Positions 28,690 through 37,753 of a DNA stretch of 64,000 nt are shown piece after piece; position 1 is the stretch's first letter; every line of letters starts with the position of its first letter. This DNA comes from Candidatus Saccharimonadota bacterium (lineage in GTDB: Bacteria > Patescibacteriota > Saccharimonadia > Saccharimonadales > AQU-01). The position numbers and the translations under genes are program-made. The notes beneath the pieces were generated by a model. That model did not search any database and was not told where the DNA came from. It was given only the letters and a program-made list of their open reading frames with translations. The stretch is from the NCBI GenBank assembly GCA_018499905.2, contig JAHBAU020000005.1, positions 2,136 to 66,135 on the forward strand, given 5' to 3'.

Positions 28690-29156
28690 TGCTGACCGCC
28701 GTTCCAGGCTAGTTCATGCTTTTGGCCGCTGTCACCGCCAAAACGTCCAAAGACGCACCAGTTTTTGACCGAGATTTTGTAGAATTTGTGGCCGTCTTCA
28801 TGCGTCGCTTCTTCGACTGCTTCTGCCGGCGCTTGTACACGCATATTCAAAACTTTGTAAGCAGCTGAATCAAGAGTCACGCCTTCAAGCATCTCCGCTG
28901 TCCCTTCAAAGTAGACGCCCACAACCGATTCATCAAGATTATGTTGCTTAACAACGTTACCGGCTACTTTTGGATTGTCTCGGATTTCCTGACTGTGGCG
29001 CCGGCTGGGCTTGGAGCGAAAATAAAGATTAAGATTGTCGTCAAAAGCAAAGTGCACTTCGCACACCCATGGCTGCCCATCGCGTGATGTCCCCAGCGAC
29101 ATGTGCACGGTTTTATCAATATATTCCCGAACCACCTGCTCAACATCAATAGCCAT
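28686..29156 (-). CDS. Pyridoxamine 5'-phosphate oxidase-family (flavin-binding split barrel) protein
   Basis: Size and the pattern MSLGTSRDGQPWVCEVHFAFD...LYFRS typical of PNPOx-like proteins. ATGA overlap with the SDR gene. Confidence 0.7.
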   Translation of the reverse strand: MAIDVEQVVREYIDKTVHMSLGTSRDGQPWVCEVHFAFDDNLNLYFRSKPSRRHSQEIRDNPKVAGNVVKQHNLDESVVGVYFEGTAEMLEGVTLDSAAYKVLNMRVQAPAEAVEEATHEDGHKFYKISVKNWCVFGRFGGDSGQKHELAWNGGQQ

Positions 29157-29204
29157 ACTTACTCCTTTGCTAACAGTATACAGACCAGAGTTTGCAAGAT
29201 AAAT

Positions 29205-29639
29205 CTATTTTGAGATGCCAGCATAGAAGATGCCGTCGAGCATACACTGTATAGCTAGGCGGCTAGCGTCAAAATGGGGTTGGGGTAGATCCCTGGGGTC
29301 GAACCAGCCAAGTTCGGCACATTTTTGCTTTTCTCTGATGTAAGGCTCGCCAGTAAAACCGCCAGCTTGGACTATAACTGATATAAAGTGCACACCTTCT
29401 GCTCGAAATGTTTCAAGATTGTTTGTCACAGCAATAACCCTAGGCTTAAGTATAGTAATGCCATGTTCTTCATATGTCTCGCGCAAGGCACACTCTTCAA
29501 ATGTTTCACCCAAATTCAGCTTACCACCAGGTATTGACCATTTTTGAGCGTGGCTACCAATTCGCCTGCCCAAAAGGACGCCACCTTGATCATTCTCAAT
29601 GATGACGCCGACACCAACACCCGGGACCATTTCTGCCAT
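29205..29639 (-). CDS. NUDIX hydrolase
   Basis: NUDIX box GGKLNLGETFEECALRETYEEHGI. Confidence 0.85.
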   Translation of the reverse strand: MAEMVPGVGVGVIIENDQGGVLLGRRIGSHAQKWSIPGGKLNLGETFEECALRETYEEHGITILKPRVIAVTNNLETFRAEGVHFISVIVQAGGFTGEPYIREKQKCAELGWFDPRDLPQPHFDASRLAIQCMLDGIFYAGISK

Positions 29640-29700
29640 ACATACAGTATTATCTGAGACAATTACCTATGCAATCATGAGCGTTTTAAATTCCAGAGTT

Positions 29701-30423
29701 TTAGTAATCGTTCACATTGAATGCATTTTCTGTGAAGGAAAATGATTCATTGTTTAACATGTTAAGTATTTCAAGACCTCCATGGATCGAGGAATTTGAT
29801 TCTTGAATCTGTTCGTAGGTGAGCCAGATATGCTTACCGTTCCGGCAGAGTTTTTTAAGTTGCCCTATGGGGTTTTGCGCGTGGCAAACAAAAAAATACT
29901 TATCTTGCATGAGCTGACCATTATGAATGTCTTGTGAGTGCTGTAGCCCAAGAACTTTGATATCGCAAGTAAGTCCTGTCTGCTCAAATACTGCTCGCTT
30001 CGCGGCCTCTAAAACTGTTTCACCGCGCATAATTTTATCACCTGGTGTTTCAAGCTGACCTTTGTAAGGCACCAGTTGCCGCTGGCGCATGAGGTAGTAG
30101 GTGACACCATCCTCTAGCTTTGTGAGCACTACCCGCACCGCCAAAAAGCCCTGGTCAATAAACCGATCGCTGCTTGGTGACAACAGAATTGATTGCTGCT
30201 TGCCAACTGGCGTTAAACGATACGAAAGATCCTCCGATTTCTCAATAAGTCCCAATTTTTGTAATTGGCGTAAATGATACGAAAACTGATCACTTGGTGT
30301 GTGAATGTCTTTAATCTCGGCAAAGCGGAGGCCGTCTTGAGTAAACAGTCGGCGCAGGATGTGAGCCTGGACGTTGTTAATGCTTTTTGCATCTGACATA
30401 AATATATTGTAAAACAGCTGCAT
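29701..30423 (-). CDS. Winged-helix (ArsR/MarR-like) DNA-binding domain fused to a C-terminal NUDIX domain
   Basis: N-terminus HILRRLFTQDGLRFAEIKD...FSYHLRQLQKLGLIEK. C-terminal NUDIX box PGDKIMRGETVLEAAKRAVFEQTGL. Confidence 0.7.
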   Translation of the reverse strand: MQLFYNIFMSDAKSINNVQAHILRRLFTQDGLRFAEIKDIHTPSDQFSYHLRQLQKLGLIEKSEDLSYRLTPVGKQQSILLSPSSDRFIDQGFLAVRVVLTKLEDGVTYYLMRQRQLVPYKGQLETPGDKIMRGETVLEAAKRAVFEQTGLTCDIKVLGLQHSQDIHNGQLMQDKYFFVCHAQNPIGQLKKLCRNGKHIWLTYEQIQESNSSIHGGLEILNMLNNESFSFTENAFNVNDY

Positions 30424-30435
30424 AAATTAGGATAG

Positions 30436-30466
30436 TGAAGAGTTCTTCAGTGATGAACCCATCACT
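30436..30466. promoter_or_regulatory. Two adjacent palindromes in the divergent NUDIX promoter region (candidate operator)
   Basis: TGAAGA-GT-TCTTCA (30436-30449) abuts AGTGATG-AACC-CATCACT (30449-30466). Confidence 0.4.
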
Positions 30467-30503
30467 AGATTTTTAATTTCGGCCTCTGTTAATCTCGACT
30501 CAC

Positions 30504-30935
30504 ATGAGTAGCCCAGCCGAGCATCAGCAGTACTATATTGGCGTCAAAGCAGTCATAGTTCAAGACGATGAGTTGCTTTTGATTCGGCGCAGTGACTACG
30601 GTTCGTGGGATGTTCCCGGAGGCCGGATCAATGTCGGTGAAACACCTGAAGCCACCCTGTACCGTGAGATTCCTGAAGAACTTCCAGGTGCAAGAGTGGT
30701 GAGTAATCCGCAACTACTACATGCTGAACAGCCGGATTTTACCCTGCCTGACGGCAACAGTTTGATGCTACTGTTTTATGCAGTCGAAGTTGAAGTGCCT
30801 ACTTATGCCATCACAAGTGACGAGCATATTGAAGTTATGTTTGCTACCAAAGAGTCATTCGGAGAAATCACGACACAGTCTCCAATTATGCAAGCTGCCA
30901 AAGGTGCGCTAACAAGGTATGGCTTCCTCGACTGA
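30504..30935 (+). CDS. NUDIX hydrolase
   Basis: NUDIX box PGGRINVGETPEATLYREIPEELPG. Confidence 0.85.
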   Translation: MSSPAEHQQYYIGVKAVIVQDDELLLIRRSDYGSWDVPGGRINVGETPEATLYREIPEELPGARVVSNPQLLHAEQPDFTLPDGNSLMLLFYAVEVEVPTYAITSDEHIEVMFATKESFGEITTQSPIMQAAKGALTRYGFLD

Positions 30936-30970
30936 CAGTTAAGAGCTAATCTGACATACTGTTAGTAATC

Positions 30971-32137
30971 ATGACCAGAATTCATAAGCTGTATATTAGC
31001 AACCTGCTGACGGGGTTAGTTTTTTGGTATGGCATCGAAAAATTGTTTATGCAGTCGATAGGGATCGATGCTTTTGGCGTGGGTATTGTCACTGCGGTAA
31101 TCCTGGTATTTACACTACTCTTCGATCTACCTATGGGTCTGGTTGCTGATAAATGGTCGCGTAAAGGGCAGTTGGTTATCTCGGCTGTCAGCCTGGGCGC
31201 TTGCTCATTTATTTTGGGTATGAGCAATAGTCTGACGGTGTATATCATTGGTGTGCTTTTTTACGGTCTATACCTGGTCAATACTTCTGGAACCTACCAA
31301 GCAATCACATATGACATTTTGCATGAAGAAGGCAGAGCAAAAGACTACACCCGAGAAATGGGACGGGCCTATGCGTTATTTTTGGTGGGTGCCGGCTTGG
31401 CAAACACTGCTAGTGGATTCATCGCCAACATAGACATCCGTCTGCCTTTCTGGCTGTCGTTAGTCCCACCAATCCTTAACAGCGTGATAGTGCTCAGCAT
31501 AAAGGAGCCAACTTTTCATAAAGAGCAGCAAGAGGCGCAATTTTTTCGACAGTTTGCAGTTGCGGTAAGGGAGGTATCCAAAGTTGCTGTTGTGCGCAGC
31601 TTGATTTTGGTATCTGTGGGATTTGGTATGATCGCAACTTTTACACTCGATTTGTCGCAGCTGTACATGCTGACATTTACAACAAGTCCCGTACAGCTTG
31701 GCTTGTTATGGGCAGTGTTTGCTTTTGCCCTAGCGGCGGGAAGTTATGCCGCTCATCATGTTAAAGCTCATCTTACACCTGTCATTATTGCGGCAATGTG
31801 TCTCATGATCAGCTTTTCACTTACCAGGCAGTCATGGGGTCTGATCGTCTTTATGATCTATGCAGTATGCAACACCGGTGCTGCCTTGCTTATAGAGACT
31901 CAAGTCCAACACAATACCGCATCAAGCATCAGGGCCTCAGTGTTGTCGCTGCTGTCGACCTTGTCACGCTTGGCCTCACTGCCAACGGCGCTTGTGCTGG
32001 GCTGGGTTGCCAGGAGATATGATATTTTTGCATCTATTAAACTGGTCTCTGCGGTAGCAAGTGCTGTACTTATTTATTGGGTTGCAGTCGGTTCGGGTCG
32101 TATGAAAAGTCATGAAAGGCTACTTGGTAAAGAGTAA
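30971..32137 (+). CDS. MFS transporter
   Basis: 388 aa, about 12 TM, with the MFS loop motif GLVADKWSRKG. Confidence 0.8.
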   Translation: MTRIHKLYISNLLTGLVFWYGIEKLFMQSIGIDAFGVGIVTAVILVFTLLFDLPMGLVADKWSRKGQLVISAVSLGACSFILGMSNSLTVYIIGVLFYGLYLVNTSGTYQAITYDILHEEGRAKDYTREMGRAYALFLVGAGLANTASGFIANIDIRLPFWLSLVPPILNSVIVLSIKEPTFHKEQQEAQFFRQFAVAVREVSKVAVVRSLILVSVGFGMIATFTLDLSQLYMLTFTTSPVQLGLLWAVFAFALAAGSYAAHHVKAHLTPVIIAAMCLMISFSLTRQSWGLIVFMIYAVCNTGAALLIETQVQHNTASSIRASVLSLLSTLSRLASLPTALVLGWVARRYDIFASIKLVSAVASAVLIYWVAVGSGRMKSHERLLGKE

Positions 32138-32141
32138 CTAT

Positions 32142-32510
32142 ATGAAACGACCAGGGATAAACAAATACGACGAAAAGCTTTTAACTGGCTTAGTGATAGT
32201 AAACGCTTTCTTTGTGCTTGGTGGATTATTAGCGTCACGTATTGGTAATGTCAGTTCAAGTTTTCCATTTACGCAAACCAAGGGTTGGCAGCGTTTTCAA
32301 ACGGTTAGCCTGACTCTGCTCATCTTGGGGTTATTTGGTGCGCTTATCTACCAAGGCGTACGTTCGGTTGGTTACGCCGAAGGGAAGGAGTCGTTTGCCT
32401 CCCAAGCTATTCTCGTATTTTGGCGTGTGTTCTTATACCTATTCCTACCCGCGGCGGTAATCACCCTTACTTTAGTTCTATATGCGCTGTATCGAAGATC
32501 GGTTCTCTGA
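32142..32510 (+). CDS. Hypothetical 4-TM membrane protein
   Basis: Start set at the ATG after the MFS stop. Hydrophobic segments throughout. Confidence 0.5.
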   Translation: MKRPGINKYDEKLLTGLVIVNAFFVLGGLLASRIGNVSSSFPFTQTKGWQRFQTVSLTLLILGLFGALIYQGVRSVGYAEGKESFASQAILVFWRVFLYLFLPAAVITLTLVLYALYRRSVL

Positions 32511-32603
32511 AACTGGCAAATAGTAAGGAAATGATCATTTTTTGCTTGGGCCAAATGCGGTATTATTAACATAAGCAAAAACGAACAGGTGAGGTGGTGT
32601 GTG

Positions 32604-34340
32604 GTGAAGAGACTGAGAGCGGGTCTTCGGGCATCGATGGCAATTGGTTTGTTGGCAGCAATGATCCCTACTTCAGGCGCATTGGCTTGGACTGGTAGCG
32701 GTACGCTATCTGATCCGTATTGGGTTAATGACTGTACCGAACTCCAAGCGGTCGGTACGAATCTTTCGGCACATTACCTCGTGACTCAAGATATCGACTG
32801 TTCGGGTGTTACATTTACGCCAATCGGCAACAGTAGTACGCCGTTTACCGGACATTTTGATGGTGATGGGTTTACCGTCAGTGATCTGACAATCAACCTA
32901 CCAACCACGGACTATATCGGTCTGTTCGGTGCCGCTGATGGAGCCACCATAAAAGATATTAATCTCTACGGCGCAAACATCACTGGCCAGGTCCGGGTAG
33001 GGGCTATCGTTGGGCATGCACTTAATACGACAGATATTTCCCATGTAACCATCAATGCCACAACCGTTATTGGCCAGCAGTATGTCGGCGGGCTCGTTGG
33101 TGCGCTTAATGATTCAATGCTTAATTATGGTCAAGCAGCGGTTGATCAGGTGAGCGGCTCGCGGGCAGGCCTATCGACTGCGGTAAAAATTGGTGGGGCT
33201 GTGGGGCTTACAGATAATTCGACCGTCAATAAATCTTTTGTAACTGGTACGGTGACGGGCAATAACCTCGGGTCGGCAAGCGACAGCGTAGGCGGGTTTG
33301 TTGGTGAAATGAATATGGGTTCAACTATCAATGACAGCTACACTACCGCTTCCGTGACGGCTCATGCAAAGTCTGGCGGGTTTGTTGGTAGTGCCGTCTC
33401 GTCGTCTACCAATCGAAGTTGGGCGAGCGGTGCAGTTGAGGGAACGACCGACGTGGGTGGATTTGTCGGTTACGAGGGACTAGGAATGCATACTGACTCC
33501 TTTGCGATGGGCAGTGTCACCGGGGTTACAAATGTTGGCGGATTCTTTGGGCACGTCTTGGCTGTTGGTGGCGATGCAAATAATTCTTATTTTGACGTCA
33601 CGCGCACTGGGCTTACCGATTGCGTAGGGCTCGATGAAGGCATCTCGTATTCCACGACTTGTACAGGAGTTAACGCCGCGAGTTCTGCGCCAAATTATTT
33701 CCATAACAATGCAACAAATGAGCCACTTGATGGTTGGAATTTTACGAGTGTGTGGCGTACTACTACAACGACACCGACTTTGGTATGGGTGCCAGAACGC
33801 CCGGACAATGTCCGCGTGGTACCGTCACCAACCAGCTTGACCTTTTCGTGGGAAGTGCCAGCCAATACGGGCGGGAGCGCTATTACTAGTTACGATATTC
33901 GTTATAAACCAAGCAGCTCAAAAGGCAGCTACAACTCATTTACCGGACTTTCTGCAGCAACCTTATCTCAAGTGTTGAACAATCTGATACCAAGTACAGA
34001 GTACACCATCTATCTGCGTGCCAATAACGCAATTGGTCATGGCACATGGACGGGGATAATTACCTATACCAGTGCGGCAAGCACAACCGTTACGACCGCA
34101 CCTAAAGTCAATACTGCTGCTGCAACTGTACCGACAGATGAACCGGCTGCTGTGCCGGCAGATGAAACAGCCTCAGCACCTCCACCTGTCACTGAGAATT
34201 CTGACGATGCCAATAGTAACGACGAGTCTGCAGGAACGGGGAGTTCTGCACTTTCCAAAGTTGTCTGGGGAGCAGTATCAGCTGTAGGGTTGGGCATAGC
34301 ATATATCGCCTCACTACAGTCAAAGAAAATTGCCAAGTAG
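32604..34340 (+). CDS. Cell-surface protein with GLUG-motif repeats, a fibronectin type III domain and a C-terminal TM anchor
   Basis: Signal peptide. Repeated VGGLVG, VGGFVG and SGGFVG units (GLUG), FN3-like PDNVRVVPSPTSLTFSWEVPANTGGSAITSYDIRY, a Pro/Ala/Thr stalk, then a TM. Confidence 0.65.
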   Translation: MKRLRAGLRASMAIGLLAAMIPTSGALAWTGSGTLSDPYWVNDCTELQAVGTNLSAHYLVTQDIDCSGVTFTPIGNSSTPFTGHFDGDGFTVSDLTINLPTTDYIGLFGAADGATIKDINLYGANITGQVRVGAIVGHALNTTDISHVTINATTVIGQQYVGGLVGALNDSMLNYGQAAVDQVSGSRAGLSTAVKIGGAVGLTDNSTVNKSFVTGTVTGNNLGSASDSVGGFVGEMNMGSTINDSYTTASVTAHAKSGGFVGSAVSSSTNRSWASGAVEGTTDVGGFVGYEGLGMHTDSFAMGSVTGVTNVGGFFGHVLAVGGDANNSYFDVTRTGLTDCVGLDEGISYSTTCTGVNAASSAPNYFHNNATNEPLDGWNFTSVWRTTTTTPTLVWVPERPDNVRVVPSPTSLTFSWEVPANTGGSAITSYDIRYKPSSSKGSYNSFTGLSAATLSQVLNNLIPSTEYTIYLRANNAIGHGTWTGIITYTSAASTTVTTAPKVNTAAATVPTDEPAAVPADETASAPPPVTENSDDANSNDESAGTGSSALSKVVWGAVSAVGLGIAYIASLQSKKIAK

Positions 34341-34395
34341 CACCTCTTAAGCAAGCTTTCAGCTTGTATTCAGCAAGAAATTGTACTTTAATAGC

Positions 34396-35298
34396 ATGTT
34401 TGTGAACAAGCGACCTTTTATTTTTGGAATAATTTTTGGGCTTTTGTTTGTAGTGGCAGTTGCGGGTGGTGTTTGGGATAATAGTCCAGTGCAGGATGCC
34501 ACTCCTGAAACAACTCAAGAGCCGACACAGGACGCAGTAGTAACTGACATTACTCTGGACGAAACAACGGCATTGTTTGACGAATCGATAACCACGAATC
34601 TCAACAATCTAATAGCTCAACAACCAGGGCTTGAGATTGCGGTAAGTGTGATTGATTTAGAAACCGGTGATCAATACAATGCCGGTCTGGCCGATACCAG
34701 TTTTAAAGCAGCCAGCACCGCCAAGCTCATGACGGCTGCAAGTTATTTGTATGAGGTGCAGGAGGGTAGGGCGAGTATTGATCAAACGATTGATGGTGTT
34801 AATGCAGTAAATCTTATCAAGCAAATGCTCGAGGTCAGCGACAATGCCGCATGGGATAGTTTGCGAAATTTTTTGGGGGATAAACAGCAATCGTTTGCCA
34901 GACTAGCAGGGATCGAAAGTTTTGTTGGCGGTGATACAAATACCCTAACTGCGGCAGACCAGGCAAAGTTTTTAGCCACGCTGTATGAAGGCGATATTTT
35001 AAATAGTACGCTGAGCGCAATTATTTTTGAGCATATGGCTCAGGCGGATGCCGAAGAACTCATCAAATCTGCCATGCCTGCTGAGACTGTAGTGCTGCAT
35101 AAGTACGGCACGCTTTGGGGCAATTTGCACGATACTGCACTTGTTAAGTATCGTGGACATAGTTTTGCGCTCGTTATTTTTACCAATGATCCGACTGGTT
35201 CTATTCAAGACTATGCTGTTCGAGCTTCGATAATCAGAGAGATAGCGCAAGTTGTTATGTTAAGTTTTCGTGAAACTACCCCCGTCAGCGATAGTTAA
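34396..35298 (+). CDS. Class A beta-lactamase-related serine hydrolase, membrane-anchored
   Basis: SxxK ASTAKL, SDN VSDNAA, and a KTG-equivalent HKYGT. Confidence 0.7.
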   Translation: MFVNKRPFIFGIIFGLLFVVAVAGGVWDNSPVQDATPETTQEPTQDAVVTDITLDETTALFDESITTNLNNLIAQQPGLEIAVSVIDLETGDQYNAGLADTSFKAASTAKLMTAASYLYEVQEGRASIDQTIDGVNAVNLIKQMLEVSDNAAWDSLRNFLGDKQQSFARLAGIESFVGGDTNTLTAADQAKFLATLYEGDILNSTLSAIIFEHMAQADAEELIKSAMPAETVVLHKYGTLWGNLHDTALVKYRGHSFALVIFTNDPTGSIQDYAVRASIIREIAQVVMLSFRETTPVSDS

Positions 35299-35299
35299 G

Positions 35300-35974
35300 T
35301 TACCCTTGTTTGCAGCCAACCATTGAGACAAAGCGCCAATCTCCATCTTCGTTGACTCTGTTGATTGTGTAGTTATAAGTACCGTAATCGCCATTGTACG
35401 CAATACTGCCGTGGACTGTTTTGCCATCATAATCATGAACCGTGACTTCGTAACCAGTGCCTGCCGGTACGTCCAAGATGCCACCACTCGCTTCTAGCTC
35501 AAATTTTGAAAACTCATGGGCATCATCCGCAAATCCGTCAGCATGTTTTACTGCGGCTTCTGCATCGCGATCGTTGGCCAGACAACTGATGGTCGTGTGC
35601 TTTGCCTGCGCACGGGCTTTTTTAAGCGTTGATAATGGCAAGATAGTTGACGAAACAGGCTGATTTAGTAGTGCAAATGCAGCCACCGCCAAGGCTCCTG
35701 TACCAATAACCCCGATACTAAATTTTGTTTTTGAACTTCGCATATGCATGGCCACCTCCCGTGAACGTTCTTTAATAATTTGTAACCCTGTTTCCAGGCA
35801 AGTCTTTAGCACAAACATTCGTAGGGATCCGTCCTTGTTTAGTTGTTCCTGGCACAAGTCGCCAAATGTTTGCAGCATTGGTTCCTTGAATGAATCTCTG
35901 AACTTTGCCGGATAAAGACCCAGTAGTTTTGCATATGCGGCTATGTAGCGGGTTGAAGAAGTTGTTTGTTTCAT
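35300..35974 (-). CDS. Hypothetical membrane-anchored protein co-transcribed with PadR
   Basis: 4-nt overlap with padR. The N-terminal helical part (permease-prefix-like), one TM and a C-terminal beta domain are a typical PadR partner architecture. Confidence 0.55.
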   Translation of the reverse strand: MKQTTSSTRYIAAYAKLLGLYPAKFRDSFKEPMLQTFGDLCQEQLNKDGSLRMFVLKTCLETGLQIIKERSREVAMHMRSSKTKFSIGVIGTGALAVAAFALLNQPVSSTILPLSTLKKARAQAKHTTISCLANDRDAEAAVKHADGFADDAHEFSKFELEASGGILDVPAGTGYEVTVHDYDGKTVHGSIAYNGDYGTYNYTINRVNEDGDWRFVSMVGCKQG

Positions 35975-36318
35975 AGAGCACAGCGGGCGACACGCTGGCC
36001 GGTGAGCTTTACGACTTGCTGATATCTTTCGAGCTCAGTCGCGAGGGCTTGCTTGCCGGCATCGGTAAGTTTGTAATAAATGCGTCGTTGATCATCAAGC
36101 TCCGGATCAACTTGCTTGCTGCTCTCGGCTACATAGCCAGTTTCCATCATTCGTTTCAGTGATCCATAAAGCGTGCCAGGCCCCATGCGAACTTTGCCTT
36201 CGGAGTCTTGCTCAACCTGTTTCATGATTCCGTATCCGTGTTTTTCTTCTATGGCAAGAGCCATAAGAATATAGAGTACCGCAGGTGTTAAAGGTGTGTA
36301 ATTTTGTTCCATGGCCAT
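35971..36318 (-). CDS. PadR family transcriptional regulator
   Basis: HGYGIMKQVEQDSEGKVRMGPGTLYGSLKRMMETGYV. Confidence 0.85.
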   Translation of the reverse strand: MAMEQNYTPLTPAVLYILMALAIEEKHGYGIMKQVEQDSEGKVRMGPGTLYGSLKRMMETGYVAESSKQVDPELDDQRRIYYKLTDAGKQALATELERYQQVVKLTGQRVARCAL

Positions 36319-36329
36319 ACTGCTATACT

Positions 36330-36346
36330 ATATCCGCCACGGATAT
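36330..36346. promoter_or_regulatory. Palindrome upstream of padR (candidate operator)
   Basis: ATATCCG-CCA-CGGATAT lies 12 nt upstream of the start codon, with ATGT-CA-ACAT next to it. Confidence 0.35.
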
Positions 36347-36368
36347 ATGTCAACATGCATTACTATGT

Positions 36369-36695
36369 TTAATAAGGCCAACAATCTATCTGTATTTCAG
36401 GAGGTTGGATTGCTTGATAGGTATAAGTTGCGTCGATTACTTGAGAATCGAGAACGATTCTTGAAGATGATGATGAATCCAAGCCTATAACCTGGCCAGC
36501 AGATGGCGATGAGTCTACTAAAGTAGGATAGTCAGGCTCAAGACCTACTCCCCAACGAGTAGTGTGCAGAACAGCGTTGCCACCAGGATACTCATCACAC
36601 TTACGACCATATAATGCCTCGACATCAATTGGTGGTGGACTGGAAGGCTGTGGATTGATTGTGCTCCATCTGCCATTGTAGTGGCGTATTCCCAT
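36369..36695 (-). CDS. Hypothetical protein (108 aa)
   Basis: ORF with GGGAG upstream of the ATG. No recognisable domain. Confidence 0.4.
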   Translation of the reverse strand: MGIRHYNGRWSTINPQPSSPPPIDVEALYGRKCDEYPGGNAVLHTTRWGVGLEPDYPTLVDSSPSAGQVIGLDSSSSSRIVLDSQVIDATYTYQAIQPPEIQIDCWPY

Positions 36696-36750
36696 ATTGC
36701 TCTAACTCCCTTCCTGCATACTTTCCTCGTACATATGCTTACAAAAAAAC

Positions 36751-37602
36751 CTATTCAGTAGGGAAAAGGTTGGCGCTTCGCAGTGACCAGCCGGCGTCTA
36801 CGTGGATAGTTTGACCGGTTGTCTGTGAGAACATCGGCTCAACCATAAATGCTGCCGCCATTTGCCCAGCTGCAATGCGCTGTGAGCTGGAATCTGTATC
36901 TGGTAACAGCGCCGTTTCTGCGAATTGATCCTCAACTACTCCAGGACGTACTTTCTGTGCCAGTGCTACGCCACGACCTGAATAAGTCGGAATATAGCCG
37001 GTGACAATTTCAGCCGTTCTGGCGCTTGGTTCGGCCTGTCCGAGTGACGCCGCTAACTCAACTGTGAGCTGTGAAAGACCGGCCTTTGCTGCAGACATTG
37101 CGCCTCCATAACCTTCGACTGTTGCGCCTGGGCGGCCAAACCCAAAGGTGACGACACCAGCATTGGGTACCAGTAAGTCCTGTACGGCTTGCACTCCTTG
37201 AACCAGGGAAACGGTGCTCACCCGAAATGCATCAACATAAACCGATGGATCAAGGGCGTGTGCGGGTTGAGTAAAGTTTGTTCGGTCAGCCGCTGCGACG
37301 GCGTGCACAAAGCCAGCAAATCGACGCTCATCTCCGTACGTATAGTGTAGTTGGTCACGGACGATCGTGTTGGCATCAGGTAGTGACCAATCGGCCTCAA
37401 CTTGATCAACTCGCCCACGGTGAAGCTCGCGCTGCTTATTAATAAATTCAATACCTGCATCACTTCGCGTTGATGCAACAACTTGGTGATCAGGGTTCAT
37501 ATTGAGCCAGGCTTGGGCAGCTGACCACCCTAAAGAGGCTTCGTTATGGACACCCGCGACGAATAAATATGGTGCGGTCTCTGGATCATGCAATCGTTTC
37601 AT
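36751..37602 (-). CDS. SDR-superfamily oxidoreductase, enoyl-ACP reductase (FabI)-like
   Basis: YLFVAGVHNEASLGW (FabI-like glycine-poor N-terminus) and YGGAMSAAKAGL. Start set at MKRLHD. The upstream track extension is hydrophobic read-through of the promoter region. Confidence 0.5.
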   Translation of the reverse strand: MKRLHDPETAPYLFVAGVHNEASLGWSAAQAWLNMNPDHQVVASTRSDAGIEFINKQRELHRGRVDQVEADWSLPDANTIVRDQLHYTYGDERRFAGFVHAVAAADRTNFTQPAHALDPSVYVDAFRVSTVSLVQGVQAVQDLLVPNAGVVTFGFGRPGATVEGYGGAMSAAKAGLSQLTVELAASLGQAEPSARTAEIVTGYIPTYSGRGVALAQKVRPGVVEDQFAETALLPDTDSSSQRIAAGQMAAAFMVEPMFSQTTGQTIHVDAGWSLRSANLFPTE

Positions 37603-37753
37603 ATGGAACTCCTTAGTACAGTTACGATAATGGGGTAACAGGAGAAATGCAAGCATAACGGTCGCTACTGCCCTTGAGCTACCGGCGCAAGCAGGTCTTG
37701 CGAGAACAGGCGGCCAACATGATAATAGCCAAATCAAGCTTCCCAAAAATAGA

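Noticed and set aside
37603-37746. 48-codon N-terminal extension of the FabI-like ORF
   Set aside because: The extension is hydrophobic and Cys/Pro-rich and reaches the divergent gene's promoter region. The conserved Rossmann N-terminus begins right after MKRLHD at 37602.
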